From a virus (taxonomy: Duplodnaviria; Caudoviricetes), in the IMG/VR virus record IMGVR_UViG_3300037515_000089, positions 1 to 24,161 of that record: a stretch of 24,161 nt of DNA. The stretch is one strand, 5' to 3'. This document shows, piece after piece, positions 7,644-17,146 of the stretch. Below the pieces are notes generated by a model. The model did no database searches. It saw only the letters and a list, made by a program, of their open reading frames with translations, and had not been told where the DNA came from. The stretch's first letter is position 1; every line of letters starts with the position of its first letter. A program made the translations under genes and the position numbers.

Positions 7644-8614
7644 TAATGTAACCTTTTACAACTGACAATCGTATCCCAATGTTTTCCTTCTAAATCTAAC
7701 TTGTGATCCACAGAAGATATTAAATATTCTCCTCTATACAGCCCAAAAGTTACATTAACAATCTTGGCTGGGGTGATATCTCCATTTAGGAATGTATTAA
7801 AAACAATACCTGATTTTTTAGCAGGATCAACAGACGATTCTCCTGTGGAATCGTCTTCTGGTCTTATGGTGTCTTTTATGTTCAACTCTCCTACTACTAC
7901 CCTAGCTACTGCTGGTGCAGTTACTGCGATAGGCTCTATGTACAACCTTCCTACTGTAATGTAACAGTTAAGATTGAACCTTTTACAAAATTCTTCCATT
8001 ACAGGAAATAAACTACCAGCTAAAGCTAGACCAGACGGATATGTGATTATATCCGGGACGAAAATAAACCCAGTTGGTATTCCGTTAGCTGCTGCCACAT
8101 CTGCAAAATAATTAACTATGTCTTCATTAGTTTCTCCCCGCGAAGCAGGTTTACTTATTCTAATATTCTTTCTTCCAACACTAGCGGCAGTGCAAGTGAG
8201 TTTAGTTATTGTATCGGGGCCTCTTCTGATCGTATCAACAAACCCAACTTGCCCAGAAAAGATCAACGGGGGGTCGGTGCCATCTACACTTCTATAACCA
8301 GCGTTGAGCAATACTACATCATCAGATTGTATAAAATTTTGATTTTCCCTAGACAGATTATATATCTCAATTGTGGCTCCTTGCTTATTAGTACTCCCCT
8401 CTTTAGTAGAAGATGTATCAACAACTATTCTAAGCTCTGTTAGGGTTATAGCACCAGCAGGGATTGTGTTAAAATCTGAATAAGAGCTATCTGCAAGAAG
8501 TTGGGGTACACCTAATTGTGGTTGTACTAATAATTGAGGTATTGTCTTTTCGAGTAATGGAAGATTTCTGCCTATAGTTAGTGAATAAACCCTATCAAAT
8601 ACTTCATCAGCCAT
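7643..8614 (-). CDS. Baseplate hub protein
   Basis: ATIEIYNLS...LNAGY...IFSG.V and G.Y.I.SV.H..D..G..W.T motifs; immediately before the spike; TAATG coupling. Confidence 0.8.
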   Translation of the reverse strand: MADEVFDRVYSLTIGRNLPLLEKTIPQLLVQPQLGVPQLLADSSYSDFNTIPAGAITLTELRIVVDTSSTKEGSTNKQGATIEIYNLSRENQNFIQSDDVVLLNAGYRSVDGTDPPLIFSGQVGFVDTIRRGPDTITKLTCTAASVGRKNIRISKPASRGETNEDIVNYFADVAAANGIPTGFIFVPDIITYPSGLALAGSLFPVMEEFCKRFNLNCYITVGRLYIEPIAVTAPAVARVVVGELNIKDTIRPEDDSTGESSVDPAKKSGIVFNTFLNGDITPAKIVNVTFGLYRGEYLISSVDHKLDLEGKHWDTIVSCKRLH

Positions 8615-8946
8615 TATATCTCCGCTATTTCTTCATTAGTAAAATACACCAATTCGTATGATTTATCTATTCCCAGATTATCTCTGCCGACAGGAAGTCC
8701 GTCATCTTTAACTCTAAGGCAGGCAATATCGCCATGATTAAAATCAGGCAACAAGTACTTACCCAAGAATATTTGATTCTCTACTATTTTTATTCCAAGA
8801 ATAACCGGCTCTTCATTTAAATATATATCGAATCTCCACCTTTCATCTCTTGTATTATAAGAATAAATAAAGGTATAGTCTGTTCCGCTTAAGCTTATAT
8901 TTTGGGTAGACCAAGAAGCCTGGGATACTGGTAAACTTAGTGGCAT
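8614..8946 (-). CDS. Small baseplate (plug-like) protein
   Basis: I.L.G..Y....YN.R..RW..DI...GIKIV...LG...ELVY pattern, 110 aa, conserved slot between tube initiator and hub. Confidence 0.7.
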   Translation of the reverse strand: MPLSLPVSQASWSTQNISLSGTDYTFIYSYNTRDERWRFDIYLNEEPVILGIKIVENQIFLGKYLLPDFNHGDIACLRVKDDGLPVGRDNLGIDKSYELVYFTNEEIAEI

Positions 8947-8948
8947 AT

Positions 8949-9512
8949 CTAGCCTCCTCTGGCAAATCTGAATCCTGTTTGTAATAGCGTTTCTTGTTCT
9001 TCACTCGGTTGTACAGAACTTCCTGAACCGTTAACTTGGTTTTGGTAATTATCCGATACTAATGGACTCCTGAAGGGCACTAATACAGCGCGTCTTGCTA
9101 ACCTAACCTGTTTTATTGAAGCCGTGATGGAAAAACTATCAACAACTCCAACGTTGCCTCGTGTTGAGTTTTGCACAACATCGAAATTTTCAAAAAAACA
9201 ATTATTGAAGAATCCTATTTTCTCTCCATAATGAAACGAAAACGATTGTTTATTTTTCATTATGGATACCAAGCCCCTAATAAAATCTTCCGTGGATTTG
9301 GCGTTCGAGTTACCAGAAGACACAGACTTAATATCCGAAATACTACCGGAAAGATTTATCATTACAGGATTATTGATATAATGGTCCGCAACAGATTCCC
9401 CGGTTTCCACTATATTATCAGTAATCTTTCCAGATTCCTTATAAGTGATTTCCACTGTTGCATCTAGTTCGTAGATAACCCCGTTGGAAGTTTCAATATA
9501 GTAAATAGACAT
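8949..9512 (-). CDS. Tail tube initiator / Dit-like baseplate protein (187 aa)
   Basis: Start moved from 9545 to ATG 9512, a TAATG overlap with the tape measure stop. LDA......ITDN.VETG..VADH...NP..I.LSG.ISD motif. Confidence 0.78.
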   Translation of the reverse strand: MSIYYIETSNGVIYELDATVEITYKESGKITDNIVETGESVADHYINNPVMINLSGSISDIKSVSSGNSNAKSTEDFIRGLVSIMKNKQSFSFHYGEKIGFFNNCFFENFDVVQNSTRGNVGVVDSFSITASIKQVRLARRAVLVPFRSPLVSDNYQNQVNGSGSSVQPSEEQETLLQTGFRFARGG

Positions 9513-11434
9513 TATAAGCCCTTTCTTTGTGTGGCTTGCCACCAAGAGTCAAGGGTACTCTTCAATTGTTCTGGACTGCCACTAGGAACATTGATAGTTG
9601 CGTTAAAAGTATTAGATGTATTTTTGGTTGACTCACCCATAAATTTATCCCTAAAATCTCTAGATATTGTTCCACCAATATCAGATCCCAGATTACCAAC
9701 AGATTCTACAATTCCACTAACACTATCGAATTTAAACTTGTCTCTCAGTCTGGACATACTTTTTGAAATTTCTTGCAAAACACCAAACAATATTAGAAAA
9801 GGTGAAACCAACATCTTAGCACCCCTTTCTAAAACTAACATTAGGGTACTTTGTTTTCTAAGTTCGTCTGTATTTTGTTTGTTTAACCCTAGTACACCGG
9901 CAGTTATGTCTCCCAAAAATCCCATAGACGAAGTTATGAAATTAACTGCGATAGCTATTCCTTGCACTCCTGCACTCACCCCCGAGAATATTGCTCCTAT
10001 TGTCGCCCCTAAAATTTTAAAAACCGGTGTTATCATTTTAACCAGAGCTGTCGCAGCTTTAAAAAAGTCTTGTACTCCCCGTGCTGCACCACTCTCAAAC
10101 GCCTCGTTAATGCCTAGTTGTAGAGCATTTGCAAATCGTCCTTTTTCTGCTGAAATCTTTTTCAAAGATGCCGCCAGTGCTCCAGACTCCCTAACACTTT
10201 TTCTCAACTCTGCTGCGAACTTAGGTAAGAATTCTTCTGCTGGAATACCAGCCTCTACCATTTTTTCTAACTCCATAGTGGTGACATTCATAGCTTTTGC
10301 TGCGATGGACATGGCGCCAGGAAGGTGTTCACCTAACTGTCTACGAAGTTCTTCCATAGACACCTTCCCCTTACTGATGATTTGACTAAGAGCCAAATGG
10401 ACAAATCCTAATCTCTGAGAATCCAAACCAAACGCTCTAGCAGCTTCCGTTCCTGCAAGCCATACTTCCTTAGTTTCTTCCATAGTGAGGTTGGATGCTC
10501 TGCCAGCGGCACCTATTTGTGTCCAACCTTTGGCAGAATCTGTTAGACTGAATCCTAATCGCTCGGACTCGTTCTTAATAAATTCAAAATCTTCTCCTGC
10601 TTGTTTAGCGCTCCCTCCAGCCGCCAACAAAGAAGCTTTCATAGAATCAAGCTGCTCACCTACTCTAAAGAAAGCCCTACCGGCCTGAACTGCCATAAAT
10701 ACAGACACATAGCTTCTAGCTAAATTCCTGATACTATCTGTGACAGCACGAGCGGCAAACTTTTGAGCATTCATAGCTCTTGTTTGTGCTCTTATTGCAG
10801 CAGTAGCCTCGACAGTAGACTTTCTCAGTCTCATAGTCTGATTCTGTAACCTCACTAAGTCTTCCCGGCTACCAATACGACCTAACTCTTCTTTTAGTCT
10901 CCTGGCTTCATTGCTTATTACGCGGAATTCTTTAGAGGTTTCGCTGAGTCCTTTTTTTGCTTGCTCAACTACATTATCAATTTTTAGTTCTTCTTTTAGG
11001 CGGGTGTGTGCAGGCAGAACAAATTGTTTTGGTTGGGCGGCCACAGTCGCTTGTTCTACCCTTCTCCTAGCATCTAATTCTCTCTGTTTTTTCCTTTCTA
11101 TTGTTATTCTTTTATCTAAATCGAGAATTTGCTGTCTGATCCTGAGAGGGTTTGTTCCCCCGAGAGCACCACGTTCCCTCTGTAAGCCTTGCATACCTAT
11201 AGCTTCGGCTTGAACTATTTTTTTTCTTAAAGAGAGACGTTGAGACTCTAAAGCATTTTGTTTTCTTAGTTGGTCGTTTTGTTTAGATAAAGTTTTACTT
11301 TGTGTTGCAGCACCACGGGTAGAGACTTTATCTACTTTAGACATCAGGGCTTCGAGCCTCTTTTGTCCTTTTATTACTTTGGAATCATCCCACGAAACTT
11401 GGACCGCCCAATCCTGCACGACATTTTTTGCCAT
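9512..11434 (-). CDS. Tail tape measure protein (640 aa)
   Basis: SD GGAGG. Coiled-coil N-terminus, tape-measure motif ALSQIISKGKVSMEELRRQLGEHLPGA and an amphipathic/hydrophobic C-terminal half. Confidence 0.93.
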   Translation of the reverse strand: MAKNVVQDWAVQVSWDDSKVIKGQKRLEALMSKVDKVSTRGAATQSKTLSKQNDQLRKQNALESQRLSLRKKIVQAEAIGMQGLQRERGALGGTNPLRIRQQILDLDKRITIERKKQRELDARRRVEQATVAAQPKQFVLPAHTRLKEELKIDNVVEQAKKGLSETSKEFRVISNEARRLKEELGRIGSREDLVRLQNQTMRLRKSTVEATAAIRAQTRAMNAQKFAARAVTDSIRNLARSYVSVFMAVQAGRAFFRVGEQLDSMKASLLAAGGSAKQAGEDFEFIKNESERLGFSLTDSAKGWTQIGAAGRASNLTMEETKEVWLAGTEAARAFGLDSQRLGFVHLALSQIISKGKVSMEELRRQLGEHLPGAMSIAAKAMNVTTMELEKMVEAGIPAEEFLPKFAAELRKSVRESGALAASLKKISAEKGRFANALQLGINEAFESGAARGVQDFFKAATALVKMITPVFKILGATIGAIFSGVSAGVQGIAIAVNFITSSMGFLGDITAGVLGLNKQNTDELRKQSTLMLVLERGAKMLVSPFLILFGVLQEISKSMSRLRDKFKFDSVSGIVESVGNLGSDIGGTISRDFRDKFMGESTKNTSNTFNATINVPSGSPEQLKSTLDSWWQATQRKGL

Positions 11435-11442
11435 ACCGCCTC

Positions 11443-11712
11443 CTACTTAACTTTATTAGCGTCTAAATCTTTATGTATTGCCATTTCATAAGCATCTAAT
11501 ACTTCCACCCCTTCTTTTAATACTAAGAATTCGGGTAAGGTGTAGTTATACTTTAGAGAATGGAGAGATTCGTTCTTACAGTTTTTAGATGCTAATAAAG
11601 TAATGAAAATCCAATCTACATCGTTTATAAGAGTAGTGTTTTTTACACTTTCTTCTATTTGTCTGTAGTATCTTCCTGCTTGGTCTTCTGATCCGAAAAG
11701 AAGGGGATTTTG
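11443..11712 (-). CDS. -1 frameshift extension of the tail assembly chaperone (gpGT-like, 89 extra aa)
   Basis: Not in the ORF track. The -1 frame is open from the slippery site to TAG at 11443-11445 (QNPLLFGSEDQAGRYYRQIEES...VLDAYEMAIHKDLDANKVK) and fills the gap up to the tape measure SD. It has no good independent start. Confidence 0.8.
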   Translation of the reverse strand, partial: QNPLLFGSEDQAGRYYRQIEESVKNTTLINDVDWIFITLLASKNCKNESLHSLKYNYTLPEFLVLKEGVEVLDAYEMAIHKDLDANKVK

Positions 11713-12146
11713 AAACCCTTTTCCTCGAACCAGTCTTGCAATAAAGGGCCGATGTTTTCCTTCAAGCTAAATTCTAAAAGAACTAAAAGACCAGCGGTAT
11801 TACCTTTAAACTCATTATCTATGTCAATTTTAGAACCATTATGGTACACATCTTTCGTAAGTATGTTTACAATGTCTAGTACACTAATTTTATTCAGTTG
11901 GTTCACAAGTAGTAAAGAAACTTCTGTGTACATACTGTTTTCTTCTGGTAATACATATTGTTCTTTTTCTTTTGAATCCATCCAGGAAGCCATAGGTGGC
12001 AAAAGAGTCTTGAATATTTCCATGCCAATAGACAAAGCTTGTGTTGCTGGTAACAATTCAATTGTATATTTTTTATCTCTTATTGTAATTGTGTGATAGC
12101 CAGCTTGTTTTAAAGACGATTCAGCAATTTTCTGAATATCGTTCAA
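11655..12146 (-). CDS. Tail assembly chaperone (gpG-like, TTG start)
   Basis: Between tube and tape measure; TTG start with strong SD AAGGAGG; 163 aa. Confidence 0.85.
   Translation of the reverse strand: MNDIQKIAESSLKQAGYHTITIRDKKYTIELLPATQALSIGMEIFKTLLPPMASWMDSKEKEQYVLPEENSMYTEVSLLLVNQLNKISVLDIVNILTKDVYHNGSKIDIDNEFKGNTAGLLVLLEFSLKENIGPLLQDWFEEKGFKIPFFSDQKTKQEDTTDK
11712..11721 (-). promoter_or_regulatory. Programmed -1 ribosomal frameshift slippery site
   Basis: A AAG GGT TTC contains two overlapping, correctly phased X XXY YYZ heptamers: AAAGGGT (11715-11721) and GGGTTTC (11712-11718). Confidence 0.75.
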
Positions 12147-12165
12147 TTTTTCCTCCTTAAAAACT

Positions 12166-12187
12166 AAAAAGGCGGCGAGAAGCCGCC
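12166..12187 (-). terminator. Rho-independent terminator after the tail tube gene
   Basis: GGCGGC-TTCTC-GCCGCC followed by TTTTTAGTTTTT on the minus strand. Confidence 0.88.
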
Positions 12188-12195
12188 ATATTTAA

Positions 12196-12693
12196 TTAAG
12201 TATTTGAAATGATAGTGTCGATTGCAGCAATAACGTTAATAGTGTCATTAGAAGGAACCAAACCGTCTGGGGTTGAGGTGTAAAGCAATTGCTCACAGTA
12301 GAACACCCAATCACGAGTAACACCCGTTGCTGTATTACCTAAACTAACCTCCGGGGCTGTCTTGATATGACAATTTCTCAGCAAAGCTAAAACACTACCA
12401 GAAGGGTCTGCAATCGCCAAACTAGCGCGATGTAGTGTGTTATTCAGTTGTTGATTGTTTAAAACACCTGAAAGAACAAGATTAGCTGGAGACGCCTGTT
12501 GTAGGGATATAGTACAAGTACCCCCTTGATCTGGCATAAGGGAAATCATAGTTTGCCCGTCTGCTCCAACCTCTTCGTCTGTTCTATCAGTGGTAAAACT
12601 AAATGTAACAAATGAATCTGGTGCAAGGCCATCTAAGTCAGCGCCGCCCCAAGCAATCTTAACATTCTTACTTGAATAAATCGGTAAAGCCAT
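12196..12693 (-). CDS. Tail tube protein (DUF3277-like)
   Basis: YSSKNV.I.WGG....G...DSF......VGADG....GT.TISLQQ.SP.N..L; follows the sheath gene; SD AAGGAG. Confidence 0.88.
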   Translation of the reverse strand: MALPIYSSKNVKIAWGGADLDGLAPDSFVTFSFTTDRTDEEVGADGQTMISLMPDQGGTCTISLQQASPANLVLSGVLNNQQLNNTLHRASLAIADPSGSVLALLRNCHIKTAPEVSLGNTATGVTRDWVFYCEQLLYTSTPDGLVPSNDTINVIAAIDTIISNT

Positions 12694-12705
12694 TAATTAT
12701 TCTCC

Positions 12706-14073
12706 TTATACATCTTGTTCAAAGGTTAATACACCTTCCAACACAATAAGCTGAATACTTCCAGCCAAAAACGCCACAAAGGTAGCATTAAGAACTCTGT
12801 TTTGTTTATCAACAAGAGGTACATCAGCGGCTCTAGGGAAATTAGAAGTATATGGACTATTTTCTTGCAGTATATTCGGATTCCCTGGGGTAGTTACAAG
12901 ACGATCTGAAACGGTGTTAAATATACTTCTAAGCTCATTAATCCCAGAATCCGTGTAAGGAATCTTAGGAGAATTAATAAATTTAGTTATATATGCTTCG
13001 GTGAGACGTGCTTCATAAAAATCACGATCCCGTATTGTATCAATCCACTCATTAGCAGCGACTTTACCTGGGCGAGTAATGTCTACTCTGCCTTGAGTCC
13101 CTACCCAATTAGCATTACGACTAAATAGATTATCCCGCTGGGTGTAAGTAAGTTTAAAACCGTCGGCATTCCTAGATGCACCAAAACTAGCAACCCGATT
13201 GTTTGCCCATTCCTTGGTACCGGGAGTAGATGGAGAAGCAACAGCTACAAATGCAGTTTCTGGGAATCTAGTATCCGCCTCGTGGTGATACCAACCACTT
13301 GTTCTGAAATAGTTACTCTCTGCCAACTTACCTAGAGTATCAACTGCCGGATCTATTAAAGTAGCATAAGCGCTTGCATCTTGAACGGCTACAAAATAAA
13401 TCTTAGTGAGTGCTTCTACAACCTCTGCCATAGCAAGAACAAAAGTCTCAGTGTGATCTTGAGCAGTCACAAAATAATAATCGTCATCTTCATTAGAAAT
13501 AGCAGTAATAACATCCGCTGCATCTTCTGTTCCAGCGAAATCTGTTGAAAGATTCTGTTCATTTGTAATTGCGTAAGTATCTGCGGAGGTGTTTGGAATA
13601 ATAGAGAGAGTAGCTGCTGCACCAACCCCCACCAATGCCGCTGTAACATGATCAGCCACACTTGCATCTCCATTTATTTGGGCGGCCAAGTCTGTTACGA
13701 TCTCTTCAGCTGTGTCTGCTAAAAGTGCAGTATAAGTTGCAGTTACACTGTCATTATCGTTAACTGTAACAGTAACATTATAAACGGTATCTTCCGTCAC
13801 ATTTTCTGGAGTTAAAATGCTGTCTGCTTGTCTTTTCCCTATTTTAAATATAGTAGGGGAAGGACTTTGTGAAAAAGCGCTATTAGCAGCAATAAAAGCT
13901 GCATCTGTGGTTTCAAAATCTTCTCCCACAGCGCTTAATGAGGGATAAGAACGAACACGTTCAATAAAACGTTGATCATCCGAAATAAATAAAATAGTGC
14001 CGAAACCCGCTTGCGTTACTGGTGTGGTTTGTAACGAAATACTGATCTGGGCGATGCGGTCCTGTAACGCCAT
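12706..14073 (-). CDS. Contractile tail sheath protein (DUF3383-like)
   Basis: I..I.ISLQT..V..AGFG...RVRSY, FSQSPSP, GKVAANEWIDTIR, KIPYTDSGI and LAGSI motifs. Confidence 0.92.
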   Translation of the reverse strand: MALQDRIAQISISLQTTPVTQAGFGTILFISDDQRFIERVRSYPSLSAVGEDFETTDAAFIAANSAFSQSPSPTIFKIGKRQADSILTPENVTEDTVYNVTVTVNDNDSVTATYTALLADTAEEIVTDLAAQINGDASVADHVTAALVGVGAAATLSIIPNTSADTYAITNEQNLSTDFAGTEDAADVITAISNEDDDYYFVTAQDHTETFVLAMAEVVEALTKIYFVAVQDASAYATLIDPAVDTLGKLAESNYFRTSGWYHHEADTRFPETAFVAVASPSTPGTKEWANNRVASFGASRNADGFKLTYTQRDNLFSRNANWVGTQGRVDITRPGKVAANEWIDTIRDRDFYEARLTEAYITKFINSPKIPYTDSGINELRSIFNTVSDRLVTTPGNPNILQENSPYTSNFPRAADVPLVDKQNRVLNATFVAFLAGSIQLIVLEGVLTFEQDV

Positions 14074-14087
14074 GATTTCTCCTTTAT

Positions 14088-14669
14088 TTAAGGGGCATTA
14101 ACATTAATGTCTAATGGGGGCGGATCTGTTAGTCCGTTGTGTAATTCACCATCCAGCCCTACTGAACTAATATAATTTGTTCCGGTGTCTGGTATGATAA
14201 GAGTATCTGTAATTCCAAAAACAAAATTAAAACTGGCTGTTTCTAAAAAAGTATCTGGTAATAATGTGGGTAAAGAGTCTATATCAAATAATTGAACTAA
14301 AGCTCCACCTGTATCTTCTCTTATGGAATCCAACACCGTTTCAATTCTAAAATATCCATATAAATTATTAGCAATTTCTAAAGCATTTCCGCCGTAGACT
14401 CTATAATTCATAAACAAATATTTATTATTTTCATAGATAAGATTACCATCGTCATCTACATAATCCTGTAAAAGCCATTCACCATTTTCGGTTATGTCGA
14501 GGATGTTAATTGTCGCATAAGGATAAAAAGGCTTTGGGCCTGTTTGTCTTTCTTTAATTACAGCAGGTAGTGGATTTCCGGGCGAGCCAATAGTGGATAA
14601 TTGTCCGTCTAATGCTTCTCTAGCAATACTAATAAATGTATCCAAGATGGGGTCAAGAGAAATACTCAT
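14088..14669 (-). CDS. Tail terminator / neck protein
   Basis: VIKERQTGPKP.YPYATI motif; directly upstream of the sheath gene. Confidence 0.75.
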   Translation of the reverse strand: MSISLDPILDTFISIAREALDGQLSTIGSPGNPLPAVIKERQTGPKPFYPYATINILDITENGEWLLQDYVDDDGNLIYENNKYLFMNYRVYGGNALEIANNLYGYFRIETVLDSIREDTGGALVQLFDIDSLPTLLPDTFLETASFNFVFGITDTLIIPDTGTNYISSVGLDGELHNGLTDPPPLDINVNAP

Positions 14670-15052
14670 TAAAACCCCCCATTAGTAGGTTGATCATTAC
14701 GCAACAATACTATCTTCCAATGGGTAGGTAATAATCCAGGCTGTTTAGACCAGTCTTCTACAGCTAAGGCATAATAAGTTAAACCGTCTACTACAGTAGT
14801 GTCTGCTAATTCCTTAGTGAACTGAGAGGCAGTGTTTATTTGCGTCTTGGTATAAAAGAGAAAAGCATCATTGGATGTCTTACCTTCTGGTAAAATTGTT
14901 TGTTCTTTACCTTCTTGAAATGGCTGCAAATTCCCTCTGGCCTGGTAAACTACAGGAGTGGAGGGAATCCATTCTCCATGTTCATCCCAATAACCATCCC
15001 CCCCATCTCTTTGAAAAGTTAATGTTGATTTATTTAATAACGAAATTACCAT
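14669..15052 (-). CDS. Head closure / head-tail joining protein (127 aa)
   Basis: ATG at 15052 overlaps the upstream TGA. GYWDEHGEW...GNLQP......LPEG....A...YT pattern. Confidence 0.75.
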   Translation of the reverse strand: MVISLLNKSTLTFQRDGGDGYWDEHGEWIPSTPVVYQARGNLQPFQEGKEQTILPEGKTSNDAFLFYTKTQINTASQFTKELADTTVVDGLTYYALAVEDWSKQPGLLPTHWKIVLLRNDQPTNGGF

Positions 15053-15546
15053 CAACTCTCCTTAATCTCTTTATTCTTAGATGTTCTATAAGCTGTTTTT
15101 CTTCTTAAGTCACCAGTATCAATAAGAGGACTATTCTTACCTTTTTGCTCTTGGGTTGACTCAGCGTTTGGTGCTAATTCAGAAGAACCAAAAATTTTCT
15201 TTTCTTGTTCTCTTAAATATTTTCCAATAGAATCTAGTAAGAAATTATTAGCATTTTCATTTAATTCCATTTTTCTGTACTGAGACAAGATTCTTTTAAT
15301 ACCCTGAGAGTCCAGGTTAAGATTTTTAGCAAATAAAATATCTAATACTGGTCTAGGTGGAAAATCAAAACCGTTCGCTCTAGGGTTATGATGTAAAGCC
15401 ATTAATTCAGGGTATGTATAACCAGAATAATGTTTTCCTTGCTCAGAAAAATGACCTACTTGTACAGTTTCACCATTTAAACCATGTAGGCTCTTTACTA
15501 ATCTTTCTAATTGATTTCCCTTCTTCTTTACTTTTAGTTTTATCAT
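15052..15546 (-). CDS. Neck / virion morphogenesis (tail completion) protein (164 aa)
   Basis: Start moved from 15657 to ATG 15546 (TGATG overlap). VQVG.F, PPRP and PNA.ST...KG.NSPLIDTG.LR motifs. Confidence 0.8.
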   Translation of the reverse strand: MIKLKVKKKGNQLERLVKSLHGLNGETVQVGHFSEQGKHYSGYTYPELMALHHNPRANGFDFPPRPVLDILFAKNLNLDSQGIKRILSQYRKMELNENANNFLLDSIGKYLREQEKKIFGSSELAPNAESTQEQKGKNSPLIDTGDLRRKTAYRTSKNKEIKES

Positions 15547-15971
15547 CAGAATATTAATTTCTTTGGACAAGGACATTTGTTTATAATAAATTTGTCTCCA
15601 GGATTTATTTTCATACCTATTCCGGTACTCAAACCTGTGTAACCAAACAGTGGGCAAACATCTTTCAAAGAATCTATATAGTTAGGCCAGACATTACCTG
15701 AAGTGCCCTCAAACCATTGTATTTCTACATCCCCAACTTCTTCTTTTCGTTTGCCAGCTACATCTACTTGGTATCTTGCATTATTCGCTATTGCTATTGC
15801 TCTTAAGGATAAACAAAGAGCCATTGCATAATATTGATCGTCATCTTCTGGTAGTTGATATTGAATAACCAATTCAATAATTTGTAGCATTTCAGCATCA
15901 GTCAGAACATTAGATTCAGGCAACCATAATTTTACGTCAGATAATAGTTGATCTCTGTCAATTGCTGCCAT
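15546..15971 (-). CDS. Head-tail adaptor / head completion protein
   Basis: First gene after the capsid gene; helical N-terminus and KEEVGDVEI.W motif; SD AAGGA. Confidence 0.75.
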   Translation of the reverse strand: MAAIDRDQLLSDVKLWLPESNVLTDAEMLQIIELVIQYQLPEDDDQYYAMALCLSLRAIAIANNARYQVDVAGKRKEEVGDVEIQWFEGTSGNVWPNYIDSLKDVCPLFGYTGLSTGIGMKINPGDKFIINKCPCPKKLIF

Positions 15972-15982
15972 TGTAATTCCTT

Positions 15983-16007
15983 AATAAAGGGCTACCAAAA
16001 GTAGCCC
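15983..16007 (-). terminator. Rho-independent terminator after the major capsid gene
   Basis: GGGCTAC-TTTTG-GTAGCCC followed by TTTATT on the minus strand. Confidence 0.78.
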
Positions 16008-16030
16008 ATATTCTGTGCGACACATAATTA

Positions 16031-17128
16031 TTAAGAACTTGTGGTTAAAGCTCTAATTAACTGAGGATTAATGTCAAGGTACAGTACGTTACTTTCCTGA
16101 TTCATGGTCACACCGTTACGCTCACTTTCCTTGCTCCAAGCGTAACGTGCCTGCGCAGGAGTATTTACATAAGTGCGGGTTTGAGCAGGAGCATAAGCCC
16201 GGCGCAAGAAATTTTCAGCTCCAATAGGGAGCAAGTAAGCATCCTCATCAGCAATCATCTTAGCACCAAGAATATTTGCAGAGTACAGGATATAACGCAA
16301 ACCATCGAAAGAATCGAACCATTGGTAACGGAACAATCCACTTCCAGAGCCAAAACTACTGCGCGGTACTTCCATAGTTGCCAAGTCTAGTGGACCACGA
16401 AAATCTCGTGCTAAGCCTTCTTGTTTTTCAATTTCCAAACGCTCAGCGAAAAAGGTTTGACCACACAATACAACCGCCATAGACATACTATTGAAAGTTT
16501 TTTCCAAATCAGTTTGCAGCAACATCAACTGCTGGGTGAACGCCTGAAAATGATCAATAGCGGTATTACCGAGGTCCATATCAATCTTAGCTGGACGAGG
16601 TGAACCAATAATATCAGTATAAAAGTTATACTCGGGCATTGGACCACCGCGAGTGATATTAGTATCCTCGGTGATAATCTGAGCAAAACCTAGTTCACTA
16701 AATAAGGACCAAGCTTTCTCTGCTTTAAAGTTCATCCGATTGATTAGATAAGCTTCGTCCATCAGTTCCATAGTTCCTGGCTGACGGCGATTGGCATAAT
16801 CTTTTGGGGCAACATTTGAGCGCAAACCAAAACTACCAACTTCATAAATCATCTGACGAGGCTTATCTTTTTGAAGATCGGGGCCATAGGCGTCAAATGC
16901 TTTACCGTCTGGTAATTGTAGAGTATCTTCCAACTCATCATGCTTGACGGTATTGGTTTCCAGCATAATGTCCATGGTTTCGCCGCCAAACAGAGCAGTA
17001 AGCAATCCAGGAGCTACCTGAGTCCTGCGTACAATAGGACTAATATCTTCCATCTCGAAGTCATTACCTTGAGCAGGGCTCAGGGCTTTATCAAAGGAGA
17101 TTTCACTTTGAGTAATTTTTACAGTCAT
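16031..17128 (-). CDS. Major capsid protein (HK97 fold, lambda gpE-like family)
   Basis: 365 aa; PGLL..LF near the N-terminus, F.R.YAPA.T..YVNT....YA near the C-terminus, and ESN.L.....PQLI; follows a decoration gene and precedes a terminator. Confidence 0.9.
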   Translation of the reverse strand: MTVKITQSEISFDKALSPAQGNDFEMEDISPIVRRTQVAPGLLTALFGGETMDIMLETNTVKHDELEDTLQLPDGKAFDAYGPDLQKDKPRQMIYEVGSFGLRSNVAPKDYANRRQPGTMELMDEAYLINRMNFKAEKAWSLFSELGFAQIITEDTNITRGGPMPEYNFYTDIIGSPRPAKIDMDLGNTAIDHFQAFTQQLMLLQTDLEKTFNSMSMAVVLCGQTFFAERLEIEKQEGLARDFRGPLDLATMEVPRSSFGSGSGLFRYQWFDSFDGLRYILYSANILGAKMIADEDAYLLPIGAENFLRRAYAPAQTRTYVNTPAQARYAWSKESERNGVTMNQESNVLYLDINPQLIRALTTSS

Positions 17129-17146
17129 TAATTATTATTCCTTGTA

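Noticed and set aside
9531-10385. 284-aa plus-strand ORF, and the other plus-strand ORFs in the track
   Set aside because: They are antisense shadows of well-supported minus-strand genes, with no recognisable motifs.
13467-13673. 68-aa alternative-frame ORF inside the sheath gene
   Set aside because: Its L/Q/M-rich composition is what an off-frame reading of the sheath codons gives; no other support.
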